The notes under the pieces are model-generated. The model did not search any database. It was not told where the DNA came from and was given only the letters and a program-made list of their open reading frames with translations. From positions 349,011 to 413,010 of the forward strand of contig NZ_CP075529.1 of assembly GCF_025809055.1 (NCBI RefSeq): a stretch of 64,000 nucleotides of DNA. The letters are read 5' to 3'. Both the position numbers and the translations under genes were made by a program. Source of the DNA: Devosia sp. Lineage in GTDB: Bacteria; Pseudomonadota; Alphaproteobacteria; Rhizobiales; Devosiaceae. Below, piece by piece: positions 10,024 to 18,790 of this stretch. Each line of letters begins with the position of its first letter. Positions within the stretch are counted from its first letter, which is position 1.

Positions 10024-12504
10024 ATGGCCATGGCCAATGAGTCGATGGGAAATGGGGATGCGCGCATAGATGTGCGTGCGGTGCTGACGGCGATCGTGCG
10101 CCGGCTGCCGCGGATCATCGCCGTTACCCTGCTGCTGCTGGCGGCCACCTTTGTTTTCCTGATGTTCCAGCCCCGTCTCTATGAGTCGTCGGCCTCCATC
10201 CTTGTCGAGCCGCGCTCAAATCCCTATGCCCGCGCCTCCGGCGAGCAGGCGCCCAGCCTGACGGGCGGAGAGGCGGGCGTCGTCTCGAGCCAGATCGAGC
10301 TGCTGAAATCCCGCGACACGCTGCTGACCGTCATTGACCAGCTGGACCTGCGGTCCGAGGCCGAGTTCAACGGCAGCGGCGCCAGTCTCTCGCCACTCGG
10401 TCTCGTCTTTCAGTTGATGGGACGCACCGGCGCGCCCGTCAGTGTCGACGAAACGGTTCTCGCGACACTCTACGATCGGCTCACTGTGGTGCAGGAGCGC
10501 GATTCCCGCATCATCTCCGTCCTCGTTCGCTCGACCAGCCCGCAACTGGCTGCCGAAATCGCCAATGCTGTGGCCAATGCCCACGTGAACCGCCGCGCTT
10601 CGCTGTCCATCGCCGATACCGCCGATGCCTCCGGCTGGCTGCGCTCGGAAATAGATCGTCTGCGCGTCTCGGTGCAGGAAGCCGAGTCGGCCGTGGCCGA
10701 GTTCAAGGTCAACAACGACCTCTTCACCGGCCAGAACAATACCAGCCTGCTCGATCAGCAGCTTTCCACTATCTCCTCGCAGATCACCGCTGCGCAGGAG
10801 CGCAAGAACACGGCCATGTCGCGGGCCACCCTGATCCGCGAACTGATCCAGCGTGGCCAGCCCATCGAGGCCATTGCCGATGTGCGCAATTCCGCCGTCA
10901 TCCAGCAACTGAGCCAGGAAAAGGCCCGGCTGCAGGGTGAGCGGGCGCAGCGTTCGGCGACCCTGTTGTCCAATCACCCGACGATTCGCGCGCTCAATGC
11001 GCAGATTGGCGAACTGGACACCCAGATCCGCCTAGAAGCGCAGCGCGTTGCCGATGGATTCGAAGCCGAAGCTGAGATCGAGGCCGATTTGGCGACCTCG
11101 CTTGAGGCCGAATTGGCGCGCGCAAAAACCTCCGCCTCCACCGCCACCCGCGATACCGTCGCGCTGGATGGCCTGGAGCGGGAGGCGAAGGCACAGCGCG
11201 ATCTGCTCGAGGCCTATCTCGCCCGTTACAACGAGGCATCGTCTCGCGTGGAGGCCAATTCGGCGCTGCCCGATGTCCGCGTCGTCTCGATGGCCGCCCC
11301 GGCCGTCTCGCCAGCCTCGCCCAAGTCGTCGCTGATCCTGCTGGCCGTCGGACTAGTTGCCGTATTGGGGCAGGTGGGCGCCGTGATTTTCAGCGAACTG
11401 ATGTCCGGCCGCGCCGTAGTGGAAATCCAGCGCCGGCCCGCAGGTGATGCCGGTTTTGCGCCGGAATTCGTTGCCGAGGCCGAACCTGTCGAAACAGCAG
11501 CGATTATTGAGGCAGAACCCGCAGCCGCAGTCGTTGTCACAGCCGAGCCGGCCTTGTCTTCCGCTGCGACTACCGAGCCGCTGCCCGCGGCTGAAAAGCC
11601 GGGCAGGGCACGGAGCCTGTTCCGGTCGTTGGGCGCTATCCTGCCGAAACGTTCCGCGCCGCCAGTCGATACTGACGCCGAACAGTCCGTCGCCCCTGCC
11701 GTCGAACCGGCACGTCCGGAAGCGCCCGCCCAATCCAATCAGGCCGCTGCAGCTTTCATTCGCACGCTGACGACCCCCCAAGCATCAGATGACGGCCGCT
11801 CTCGAGACCACTCTGGTGGTGAACCTCAGCCCTCCCGCAGCGCGCCGCTGATGGCAGACCCAACGCCCCAGGCCGATCAGGAATGGGCTGCTGCCTCGGA
11901 CTGGCATGATGAAGCCGAGCCACCCACGCCCCCCGCCACCGCTGCATCGCGCCGGGCCACGACCCTGGCCTATGGCGAATTGATCGGCGATCTCGTGATG
12001 GGGCGTAACCATCTGCTGCTGCTGGCCGACAATGGCGCCAGCCAGCCCGCTGCCCACCTCGCGGAGGACATCGCGGCCGATGCTCTGGCCAAAGGCCTCA
12101 GCGTGGCGCTCATCGATGCCGGCACCGGCCGGCAGAGCGACGAGCCCGGCATCAGCGACCTCAGCCTGGGTCTCGCCGGTTTTGGCGATGTGGTTCAGAA
12201 ATCCGCCGACAACACCTTTGCCGAAGTGAACTGGGGCGGGGGCGCCCGCATCGATACGACGTCCTCCCGCCCGACGACGCTGGTGGAGGCACTTGGCGAT
12301 ATCTACGAGGTCGTCCTGGTGCTGACCGGTCCATTGAGCCGCGCGTCGACCCTGCCATTGTTTGCCGATCTGGATGGCCGGGTGGTTCTGGTCGGGGCTG
12401 ACGAGCAGGACGCCGACGCACTCGAAGAGGCGCGCGAACAATTGCAGCGCGCCGGGCTGGGCCGGGTCGATATCGCCACGGTGAATGCGGCGGTCGCGGC
12501 CTGA
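10024..12504 (+). CDS. Polysaccharide co-polymerase (Wzz/ExoP/GumC-like, PCP-2a architecture) with a degenerate C-terminal BY-kinase-like domain
   Basis: TM1 (LLLLAATFVFLMF), a long periplasmic coiled-coil and TM2 (LILLAVGLVAVLGQVGAVIF). These are followed by a roughly 190-aa Pro/Ala-rich linker and a MinD/BY-kinase-like fold lacking a P-loop (LLLLADNGASQPAAH in place of GxxGxGKS). Confidence 0.75.
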   Translation: MAMANESMGNGDARIDVRAVLTAIVRRLPRIIAVTLLLLAATFVFLMFQPRLYESSASILVEPRSNPYARASGEQAPSLTGGEAGVVSSQIELLKSRDTLLTVIDQLDLRSEAEFNGSGASLSPLGLVFQLMGRTGAPVSVDETVLATLYDRLTVVQERDSRIISVLVRSTSPQLAAEIANAVANAHVNRRASLSIADTADASGWLRSEIDRLRVSVQEAESAVAEFKVNNDLFTGQNNTSLLDQQLSTISSQITAAQERKNTAMSRATLIRELIQRGQPIEAIADVRNSAVIQQLSQEKARLQGERAQRSATLLSNHPTIRALNAQIGELDTQIRLEAQRVADGFEAEAEIEADLATSLEAELARAKTSASTATRDTVALDGLEREAKAQRDLLEAYLARYNEASSRVEANSALPDVRVVSMAAPAVSPASPKSSLILLAVGLVAVLGQVGAVIFSELMSGRAVVEIQRRPAGDAGFAPEFVAEAEPVETAAIIEAEPAAAVVVTAEPALSSAATTEPLPAAEKPGRARSLFRSLGAILPKRSAPPVDTDAEQSVAPAVEPARPEAPAQSNQAAAAFIRTLTTPQASDDGRSRDHSGGEPQPSRSAPLMADPTPQADQEWAAASDWHDEAEPPTPPATAASRRATTLAYGELIGDLVMGRNHLLLLADNGASQPAAHLAEDIAADALAKGLSVALIDAGTGRQSDEPGISDLSLGLAGFGDVVQKSADNTFAEVNWGGGARIDTTSSRPTTLVEALGDIYEVVLVLTGPLSRASTLPLFADLDGRVVLVGADEQDADALEEAREQLQRAGLGRVDIATVNAAVAA

Positions 12505-12514
12505 TGGTGGCCCC

Positions 12515-13555
12515 ATGTCGCTGAAATATACGGCCATCCGGGCAGCTTTCGACCTGCTCTGGCTGACCGGCGCCCCCCGTTTGAGCCAGATGCTGTCGCG
12601 CTCGCGCGGGGTGATCTTCACGCTCCATCGCGTGCTGCCCGGTGAACCGCCGCCATTCTCGCCCAACGCGATCCTCCAGGTGGAGCCGGACTTTCTCGAT
12701 TACTGCCTTGAGCGGCTGCGCGATCTCGAAATCGATATTGTCTCGCTGGACGAGGCGCTCGACCGGCTGGCGGAAAAATCGAAGCCCCGGCCGTTCGTGG
12801 TGCTGACTTTCGATGATGCTTATCGCGACAATCTGCAATATGCGCTGCCCATTCTCCGCCGGCACGAGGCGCCATTCACGCTCTATGTACCCACCGCCTT
12901 CGTCGATGGCGTTGGCCAGATCTGGTGGCAGGCGATCGAAGACATCATCGCCAGCCAGGAAGCCGTGGCCTTCACCGAAAACGGGGAGACCGAATATGTC
13001 GACACGGCGACGCTGGCGCAAAAGCGCGAGGCCTTCGATCGTCTCTACTGGCAGATGCGCAAGATCGACGAGCCGGCGCGGCTGAAGCTCCTGTCCGAAT
13101 TCGCGGCCAATTATGGGTATGATCTGGACCGCCAATGTCGTGACCTGATCATGGGCTGGCCGCAGGTCCGCCTGTTCGCCGGCGAACCGCTGTGCACCAT
13201 TGGCGCCCATACGGTGAACCACTACGAACTGGCCAAGCTGCCGCTGGATCAGGCCCGCAATGAGATCAAGGGCTCGGTCGACGTCATCGAGGCGCAGTTC
13301 GGCATCCGGCCGAAGCACTTTTCCTATCCATTGGGCGGGCCCATGTCCTGCGGGCCGCGTGAATTTGACCTGGCGCGGGACCTGGGCTTCCGTTCCGCCG
13401 TCACCACAAGGCCGGGCGGCCTCTATCCGCACCACCTGAAAACACCGACGGCGCTGCCGCGCGTGTCGCTCAATGGCTACTTTCAGGAGCGGCGCTATGT
13501 CGACGTCTTTGCCAGCGGCGGCCTGTTTACCCAGCTTGGCCGGCTGATGGGCTGA
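12515..13555 (+). CDS. Polysaccharide deacetylase family protein (NodB-homology domain)
   Basis: Motifs VVLTFDDAYRDN and IGAHTVNHYEL. An alternative ATG at 12485 overlaps the PCP gene. Confidence 0.75.
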   Translation: MSLKYTAIRAAFDLLWLTGAPRLSQMLSRSRGVIFTLHRVLPGEPPPFSPNAILQVEPDFLDYCLERLRDLEIDIVSLDEALDRLAEKSKPRPFVVLTFDDAYRDNLQYALPILRRHEAPFTLYVPTAFVDGVGQIWWQAIEDIIASQEAVAFTENGETEYVDTATLAQKREAFDRLYWQMRKIDEPARLKLLSEFAANYGYDLDRQCRDLIMGWPQVRLFAGEPLCTIGAHTVNHYELAKLPLDQARNEIKGSVDVIEAQFGIRPKHFSYPLGGPMSCGPREFDLARDLGFRSAVTTRPGGLYPHHLKTPTALPRVSLNGYFQERRYVDVFASGGLFTQLGRLMG

Positions 13556-13558
13556 CGG

Positions 13559-13786
13559 TCAGGATTTGGTCGGCGCGTCCGGCCGGCTCATCCAGCGAAC
13601 CAGCACCATGGCCGGAAAGATCCAGCCCATGCCGGCAACGATGAAATAGGCAATCAGCACCAGTCCCGGCAGGCCCTCGGGAAACAGCAGATAGATCCAT
13701 GTGGCCAGGATCGACCAGACGACTATCGAGGCCACCAGGGCGAATCCACCGATCAACTTGCGGTTACGCTGGGTCATGTGCGGCAT
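13559..13786 (-). CDS. Small two-TM membrane protein (DUF2842-like)
   Basis: About 72-75 aa with two hydrophobic helices and the C-terminal motif PAMVLVRWMSRP. The position next to ctaA is typical for this family in alphaproteobacteria (from memory). Confidence 0.5.
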   Translation of the reverse strand: MPHMTQRNRKLIGGFALVASIVVWSILATWIYLLFPEGLPGLVLIAYFIVAGMGWIFPAMVLVRWMSRPDAPTKS

Positions 13787-13856
13787 CTCTGCAGTTGCGG
13801 GATAGCTGGGGTGGGATTACCACTCCGGCGTCTAGATCGATACCGGAAACAGCGCC

Positions 13857-14918
13857 GTGACCACAACGCAAGATGCCGCACAGGGCCAGGTTCGCTTTGC
13901 CAGTGACAGGCTGCGCCCGGTCCGCATCTGGCTCTACGGCCTTGCCGCCTTCGTGCTGCTGATCGTGGTTGTCGGCGGGATTACCCGCCTCACCGAGTCC
14001 GGCCTGTCTATCACGTCGTGGAAGCCGGTTTCCGGCGTCATCCCGCCGCTGAACCAGGCGGAGTGGGAAGCCGAGTTCGAGGCCTACAAACAGATTCCGC
14101 AGTACAACGTGCTCAACTCCTGGATGAGCCTGGACGACTTCAAGTTCATCTTCTTCTGGGAGTGGTTCCATCGTCTCCTGGCGCGGGCGCTTGGTATTGT
14201 CTTTCTCATTCCCTTCGTTGTTTTCCTGGTTCAGAAGCGGCTGTCACGCGAACTGGCATGGCCGCTCTTCGGCCTTTTCGTGCTGGGCGGCTTTCAGGGC
14301 GCTTTGGGCTGGTGGATGGTGACCTCTGGCCTGACCGAGTTGACATCGGTGTCTCAATACCGCCTGGCCGCGCACCTGACGGCGGCATCGCTGCTGTTCA
14401 TAGCGCTGGTCTATGTCGCGCGCTCCCTCACGCCGGGACGCGTTCTGGGCCACGTCACCCGCTTTCACATGCTCACCGCCGGCCTATTGGCCGTGCTGGT
14501 GATCCTGCAGATCGGGGCAGGGGCCTTCGTTGCGGGGCTGGACGCCGGCATGGGCTACAATACCTGGCCGCTCATGGATGGTGCCATCATTCCCAATGGC
14601 CTCTTTGCCATGGACCCATTCTGGCGCAACCTGTTCGAGAACGCGCTGACCGTTCAGTTCATTCATCGCGGTATCGCCTATCTCCTTGTCGCCTATGTCG
14701 CCTGGCTGATCTGGGTGCGCCATCGCGATGGTGGCTTTTCCGGCGTCCACGGCTGGCTGCCGCGTATCGGCGTGGTCGTGCTGCTGCAGGTGGCGCTTGG
14801 GGTGATGACGCTTCTGCACAGCGTGCCCATCTCCCTGGCCGTTGGCCACCAGAGCCTGGCCTTCATGCTCGCAGGTCTCAGCATCGGCTATATCGCCGAT
14901 ATGCGGCGCGCCAGATAG
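13857..14918 (+). CDS. ctaA: Heme A synthase (COX15/CtaA)
   Basis: Eight TM helices. N-terminal GGITRLTESGLSITSWKPVSGVIPPLN, with conserved His residues in FHRLLA and IHRGIAY. GTG start. Confidence 0.85.
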   Translation: MTTTQDAAQGQVRFASDRLRPVRIWLYGLAAFVLLIVVVGGITRLTESGLSITSWKPVSGVIPPLNQAEWEAEFEAYKQIPQYNVLNSWMSLDDFKFIFFWEWFHRLLARALGIVFLIPFVVFLVQKRLSRELAWPLFGLFVLGGFQGALGWWMVTSGLTELTSVSQYRLAAHLTAASLLFIALVYVARSLTPGRVLGHVTRFHMLTAGLLAVLVILQIGAGAFVAGLDAGMGYNTWPLMDGAIIPNGLFAMDPFWRNLFENALTVQFIHRGIAYLLVAYVAWLIWVRHRDGGFSGVHGWLPRIGVVVLLQVALGVMTLLHSVPISLAVGHQSLAFMLAGLSIGYIADMRRAR

Positions 14919-14943
14919 CGCGCCCCAAGCTGCCACAATTACA

Positions 14944-14973
14944 GAGTCATTCCCGCGAAAGCGGGAATCTCAT
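14944..14973. repeat. REP-like palindromic unit, family A (core ATTCCCGC-GAAA-GCGGGAAT)
   Basis: Perfect 8-bp stem with a GAAA loop. Related copies lie at 20678, 23469, 23508, 27384, 54988 and 55088. Confidence 0.8.
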
Positions 14974-15047
14974 CCGCCACCATAGTATTGCGGTATTATC
15001 ATACCGTACATTTAAGGTGTTGATTTAACACACGAAATTATTCGTGC

Positions 15048-15076
15048 TTGACGGCAATATGAATCTCTCATAGAGA
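15048..15076 (+). promoter_or_regulatory. Candidate sigma-70 promoter for rplM-rpsI
   Basis: TTGACG-N17-TAGAGA in an AT-rich stretch, preceded by the palindrome CACGAAATTATTCGTG (15031-15046). The -10 is weak. Confidence 0.3.
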
Positions 15077-15136
15077 CGCCGCCGAACTGGCCGGTTCCTG
15101 CGGGAGCCGGCTGCTTGAATCTTAGGGAATTCGATT

Positions 15137-15601
15137 ATGAGCACGTACTCGGCAAAACCGAGCGAGATCGAAAAGAAGTGGGTCCTCATCGACGCCGAAG
15201 GGCTGGTCGTGGGTCGCCTGGCCTCGATCATCGCCTCGCGTCTGCGCGGCAAGCACAAGCCGACCTTCACCCCGCACATGGACATGGGTGACAATATCAT
15301 CGTCATCAATGCCGAGAAGGTGAAGCTGACCGGTCGCAAGCTGGACCAGCACCGCTTCTACTGGCACACCGGCTATCCCGGTGGCATCAAGGACCGCACC
15401 GCGCGTGAGCTGCTGGAAGGCCGCTTCCCGAACCGCGTCCTCGAGAACGCCGTGCGCCGCATGATGCCGGGCGGTCCGCTGACCCGCGCCCAGCTCAAGA
15501 ACCTGCGCGTCTATGCCGGTGCTGAGCATCCCCACGAAGCGCAGAACCCGACCAAGCTCGACGTCGCTGCGATGAACTCCAAGAACGTCCGGGTGAAGTA
15601 A
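15137..15601 (+). CDS. rplM: 50S ribosomal protein L13
   Basis: [30 protein letters not shown]...[24 protein letters not shown] is a canonical L13 sequence. Confidence 0.97.
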   Translation: MSTYSAKPSEIEKKWVLIDAEGLVVGRLASIIASRLRGKHKPTFTPHMDMGDNIIVINAEKVKLTGRKLDQHRFYWHTGYPGGIKDRTARELLEGRFPNRVLENAVRRMMPGGPLTRAQLKNLRVYAGAEHPHEAQNPTKLDVAAMNSKNVRVK

Positions 15602-15602
15602 T

Positions 15603-16085
15603 ATGGCCGAAACCATCAACTCCCTCGAAGACCTCGGCACCACTGCCGCAGCACCTGCTGCCAATTCCGCGCCGATCCATGAGCAGAAGCTCGACAGCCT
15701 CGGCCGCGCCTATGCCACCGGCAAGCGCAAGAACGCCGTGGCCCGCGTCTGGATCAAGCCGGGCAAGGGTACCGTGACCGTCAACGGCCGCGAATTCGCC
15801 AAGTACTTTGCCCGTCCGGTTCTGCAGCTGATCGTCAAGCAGCCGATCGTCGCCTCCGAGCGCCTCGACCAGTACGACGTCAACGTCACCGTTGCCGGTG
15901 GTGGTCTGTCCGGCCAGGCCGGTGCTGTCCGTCACGGCATCTCCAAGGCTCTCACCTACTTCGAACCCGCCCTGCGCCCGGTTCTGAAGAAGGGTGGCTT
16001 CCTGACCCGCGACAGCCGCGTGGTCGAGCGTAAGAAGTACGGCAAGGCCAAGGCCCGCCGCTCCTTCCAGTTCTCCAAGCGCTAA
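15603..16085 (+). CDS. rpsI: 30S ribosomal protein S9
   Basis: [21 protein letters not shown] ... [19 protein letters not shown] ... [22 protein letters not shown] is a canonical S9 sequence. Confidence 0.97.
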   Translation: MAETINSLEDLGTTAAAPAANSAPIHEQKLDSLGRAYATGKRKNAVARVWIKPGKGTVTVNGREFAKYFARPVLQLIVKQPIVASERLDQYDVNVTVAGGGLSGQAGAVRHGISKALTYFEPALRPVLKKGGFLTRDSRVVERKKYGKAKARRSFQFSKR

Positions 16086-16148
16086 TCGCTGGACTTATCG
16101 ACTTTGCGAGGGGCCGGGAAACCGGCCCTTTTGCTTTTGGAGGGGCCG

Positions 16149-16550
16149 ATGTTCAGTCATGTGACGGTAGGCAGCAACGACCTTGATCGTGTTGGACGAT
16201 TTTATGATGCCGTGCTGTTGCCGATCGGTCTGCGCCAAAGGGCTGTCGAGCCCGATGGCGGTCCGAAGTCCCTCTGTTGGGTGGGGGCGGCTCCCTATCC
16301 GCGCTTCTATGTCTATTCGCCATATGATGGACAACCGGCCATCCCAGGCAATGGTGCGATGCTGGCCTTCATCGCGCCAAGCCCGGAAGCGGTGGTCGCA
16401 GCCCACTCCGCGGGTTTGATGGCAGGTGGGACGGATGAGGGGGCGCCGGGTCTGAGGCCGCAATATGCCGAGGATTATTTCGGCGCCTATTTGCGCGATC
16501 CAGATGGCAACAAGGTCCATCTTGTGCACAGGCCTGCCCTGCTTGGATAA
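16149..16550 (+). CDS. VOC (glyoxalase/bleomycin-resistance/dioxygenase) family protein
   Basis: MFSHVTVGSNDLDRVGRFYDAVL... ending YFGAYLRDPDGNKVHLV. The ATG at 16149 follows GGAGGGG. Confidence 0.7.
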   Translation: MFSHVTVGSNDLDRVGRFYDAVLLPIGLRQRAVEPDGGPKSLCWVGAAPYPRFYVYSPYDGQPAIPGNGAMLAFIAPSPEAVVAAHSAGLMAGGTDEGAPGLRPQYAEDYFGAYLRDPDGNKVHLVHRPALLG

Positions 16551-16553
16551 GCC

Positions 16554-17195
16554 ATGCCCAGCCTCGTGTCCCGTTTCCATCTCCTCCTCTTCGGCGTCAC
16601 CCTGGCCATTGGCGGGGTAGCCCTTGTCCATGTTCCCGAGGGTTATGCGTTTCCGGCCCATTGGCAGGGCAGTGGGGCGGACTGGCTGTGGCCGCGGGAT
16701 ATCGCCCTGGCCACGGCGCCGCTGGCCGAACTCCTGTTGATGGGCGTGTTCTTTCTGCTGGGGCGGGCACTGACAAAAAACCATCTGGCCAAGACGCGGC
16801 ACATACTGGACCCAGCGCTGACGCTCCTTCTGGCCGTCGCAACCGGCTGCCAGCTCGGACTGCTGCTGATGGGCATCGGGTCCGACTTCGACATGTTCCG
16901 GATTACCGCCGGCGGCCTGTCCGTGGTTCTGCTGGTGCTTGCCGTGGTGATTTTCGAGGCCGAGCGGCATTCTTATGCCGGCTTGCGAATGCCCTGGCCA
17001 ATTGCGTCCGATCGGGCCTGGACCCTCGTCCATCGCATTGCCGGAATCGGCAGCGGCCTCTGCGCGGCCATTTTGGCCTATCTCGCCTGGGCGGACCCCG
17101 GCGCCGGCGTGCTGGCAATTGCCCTGGTGGCGAGCCTTGGGGGACTGCCCCTGCTTGCCGCCCTCGCCACTTTGCTCACGCGTGGGCTGCGGTAA
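16554..17195 (+). CDS. Polytopic membrane protein (SdpI/DUF1648-like)
   Basis: Five or six hydrophobic helices and no catalytic motifs. The family call is tentative. Confidence 0.45.
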   Translation: MPSLVSRFHLLLFGVTLAIGGVALVHVPEGYAFPAHWQGSGADWLWPRDIALATAPLAELLLMGVFFLLGRALTKNHLAKTRHILDPALTLLLAVATGCQLGLLLMGIGSDFDMFRITAGGLSVVLLVLAVVIFEAERHSYAGLRMPWPIASDRAWTLVHRIAGIGSGLCAAILAYLAWADPGAGVLAIALVASLGGLPLLAALATLLTRGLR

Positions 17196-17316
17196 GCATT
17201 TTCCGGCAACTTGCCGTTTGAGGTAGAAAAGTTTCACCTCCCCTTGCAGCCAAGCAACGCGATACGCTGCAAACCGGCCCGATCAGGCGTAGTGTGCGCT
17301 CAATTGTGAGGCGCTA

Positions 17317-17332
17317 TGCTCATCAATGAGCA
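17317..17332. promoter_or_regulatory. Perfect 7-2-7 palindrome TGCTCAT-CA-ATGAGCA upstream of the symporter gene (candidate operator)
   Basis: Lies 32 bp upstream of the preferred start codon at 17364. Confidence 0.3.
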
Positions 17333-17363
17333 GGTGAGTCTCGCTCCACCGAAAGGTCAAACC

Positions 17364-18731
17364 ATGCCCACTTCCGTATCGGCGGGTGCTGCACCACGTG
17401 CGCCCAAGCCACTTTATCTCAACTTCGGCTTTCAGGTGTTGGCCGCAATGGTCATCGGCCTGATCCTGGGCTTCATCGCCCGGAACATGGGCCCCGATGC
17501 GGCCGGCAATGCCAATTGGCTGACCCAGACGCTTTCGACCGTGGGCTCGTCCTTCGTCTCGCTCCTGCGGGCGCTGGTGCCGGTGCTGGTCTTCACCGCC
17601 ATCGTCGCCTCGATCGCCAATCTGCGCGAGTTGAACAATGCAGCAAAGCTCGTCTGGCAGACGCTGCTCTGGTTCGCGATCACGGCCCTCATTGCCGTCG
17701 CGATTGGTATCGCACTCGGGCTGATCATCCAGCCCGGTCTTAATACCGAAGTCGCCGCCGAGGCCGCTCGCGCCCCGTCCTCGACCGGCTCGTGGCTCGA
17801 TTTCCTCAAGGGTCTAATCCCCTCGAACTTCATCGGGCTGCAGGCTTCGACCCGCGTCACTGATAGCGGCGCGACGACCAGCCTCAACTTCAATGTCCTG
17901 CAGATCCTGATCGTCTCAATCGTTGTCGGCGTTGCCGCCCTGCGCGTCGGCCCGGCAGCCGATCAGTTCCTGGCCTTCAACCGGTCGTTCCTCAAGATCA
18001 TCCACAAGGTGCTCTGGTGGGTCATTCGGCTGACACCGATCGGCACGATCGGCCTTCTGGGCAATGCCGTCGCGGTCTATGGCTGGGATGCCCTGGCGCA
18101 ACTGGGCTGGTATGCCGCGGCGATCTATATCGGGCTGTTCCTCGTGCTGTTCGTGGTCTATCCGGCGCTGCTCCAGGCCCATGGCCTCAATCCCATCCGC
18201 TATTTCCAGAGCGCATGGCCGGCCATTCAGCTTGCCTTCGTATCCCGTTCGTCGATCGGCACGCTGCCGGTCACCGAGCGCGTGACGGAGAAGAACCTCG
18301 GCGTGCCGCGCGAATATGCCGCCTTCGCCGTGCCGCTCGGCGCCACCACCAAGATGGATGGCTGTGCCGCCATCTATCCGGCGATCTCGGCCATTTTCGT
18401 GGCCCAGTTCTTCGGCGTACCGCTTGGGATCGAGCACTATCTGCTGATCGTCTTTGTGTCGGTCATCGGTTCGGCAGCTACCGCCGGCCTCACCGGCGCC
18501 ACCGTCATGCTGACCCTGACCCTCTCGACCCTGGGTCTGCCGCTTGAAGGTGTCGGTCTGCTGCTGGCAATCGACCCGATCCTCGACATGGGCCGCACCG
18601 CGGTCAACGTCGCCGGTCAGGCGCTGGTGCCCACCATCGTCGCCAAGCGCCAGGGCATGCTCAATCAGGCTGTCTATGACAATGGCAAAACCATCGAAGA
18701 CCTCGATGCCGAGGCCGTTCCGGCCGAATAG
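17364..18731 (+). CDS. Dicarboxylate/amino-acid:cation symporter (DAACS/SLC1 family)
   Basis: Eight TM helices plus re-entrant loop pattern, with motifs SSIGTLPVT and PLGATTKMDGCAAIYPAI. The ATG at 17364 follows GAAAGG. The ORF-track start at 17316 lies inside the palindrome. Confidence 0.8.
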   Translation: MPTSVSAGAAPRAPKPLYLNFGFQVLAAMVIGLILGFIARNMGPDAAGNANWLTQTLSTVGSSFVSLLRALVPVLVFTAIVASIANLRELNNAAKLVWQTLLWFAITALIAVAIGIALGLIIQPGLNTEVAAEAARAPSSTGSWLDFLKGLIPSNFIGLQASTRVTDSGATTSLNFNVLQILIVSIVVGVAALRVGPAADQFLAFNRSFLKIIHKVLWWVIRLTPIGTIGLLGNAVAVYGWDALAQLGWYAAAIYIGLFLVLFVVYPALLQAHGLNPIRYFQSAWPAIQLAFVSRSSIGTLPVTERVTEKNLGVPREYAAFAVPLGATTKMDGCAAIYPAISAIFVAQFFGVPLGIEHYLLIVFVSVIGSAATAGLTGATVMLTLTLSTLGLPLEGVGLLLAIDPILDMGRTAVNVAGQALVPTIVAKRQGMLNQAVYDNGKTIEDLDAEAVPAE

Positions 18732-18754
18732 CCTTGGTCTTGCACAAAATTGCT

Positions 18755-18790
18755 CCTCCCCCGGCTTCGGGGGAGGCTGGGTGGGGGCTC
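18755..18790. repeat. G-rich repeat, family B, doubling as a bidirectional terminator hairpin
   Basis: CCTCCCCCG-GCTT-CGGGGGAGG (9-bp stem) followed by CTGGGTGGGGG, lying between convergent genes. Related units lie at 32770, 43690 and 58321. Confidence 0.6.

Noticed and set aside
14018-15028. 336-aa + strand ORF overlapping ctaA out of frame
   Set aside because: The ctaA frame carries the COX15 motifs. The alternative frame is Arg/Gly/Pro-rich and runs through the REP element.
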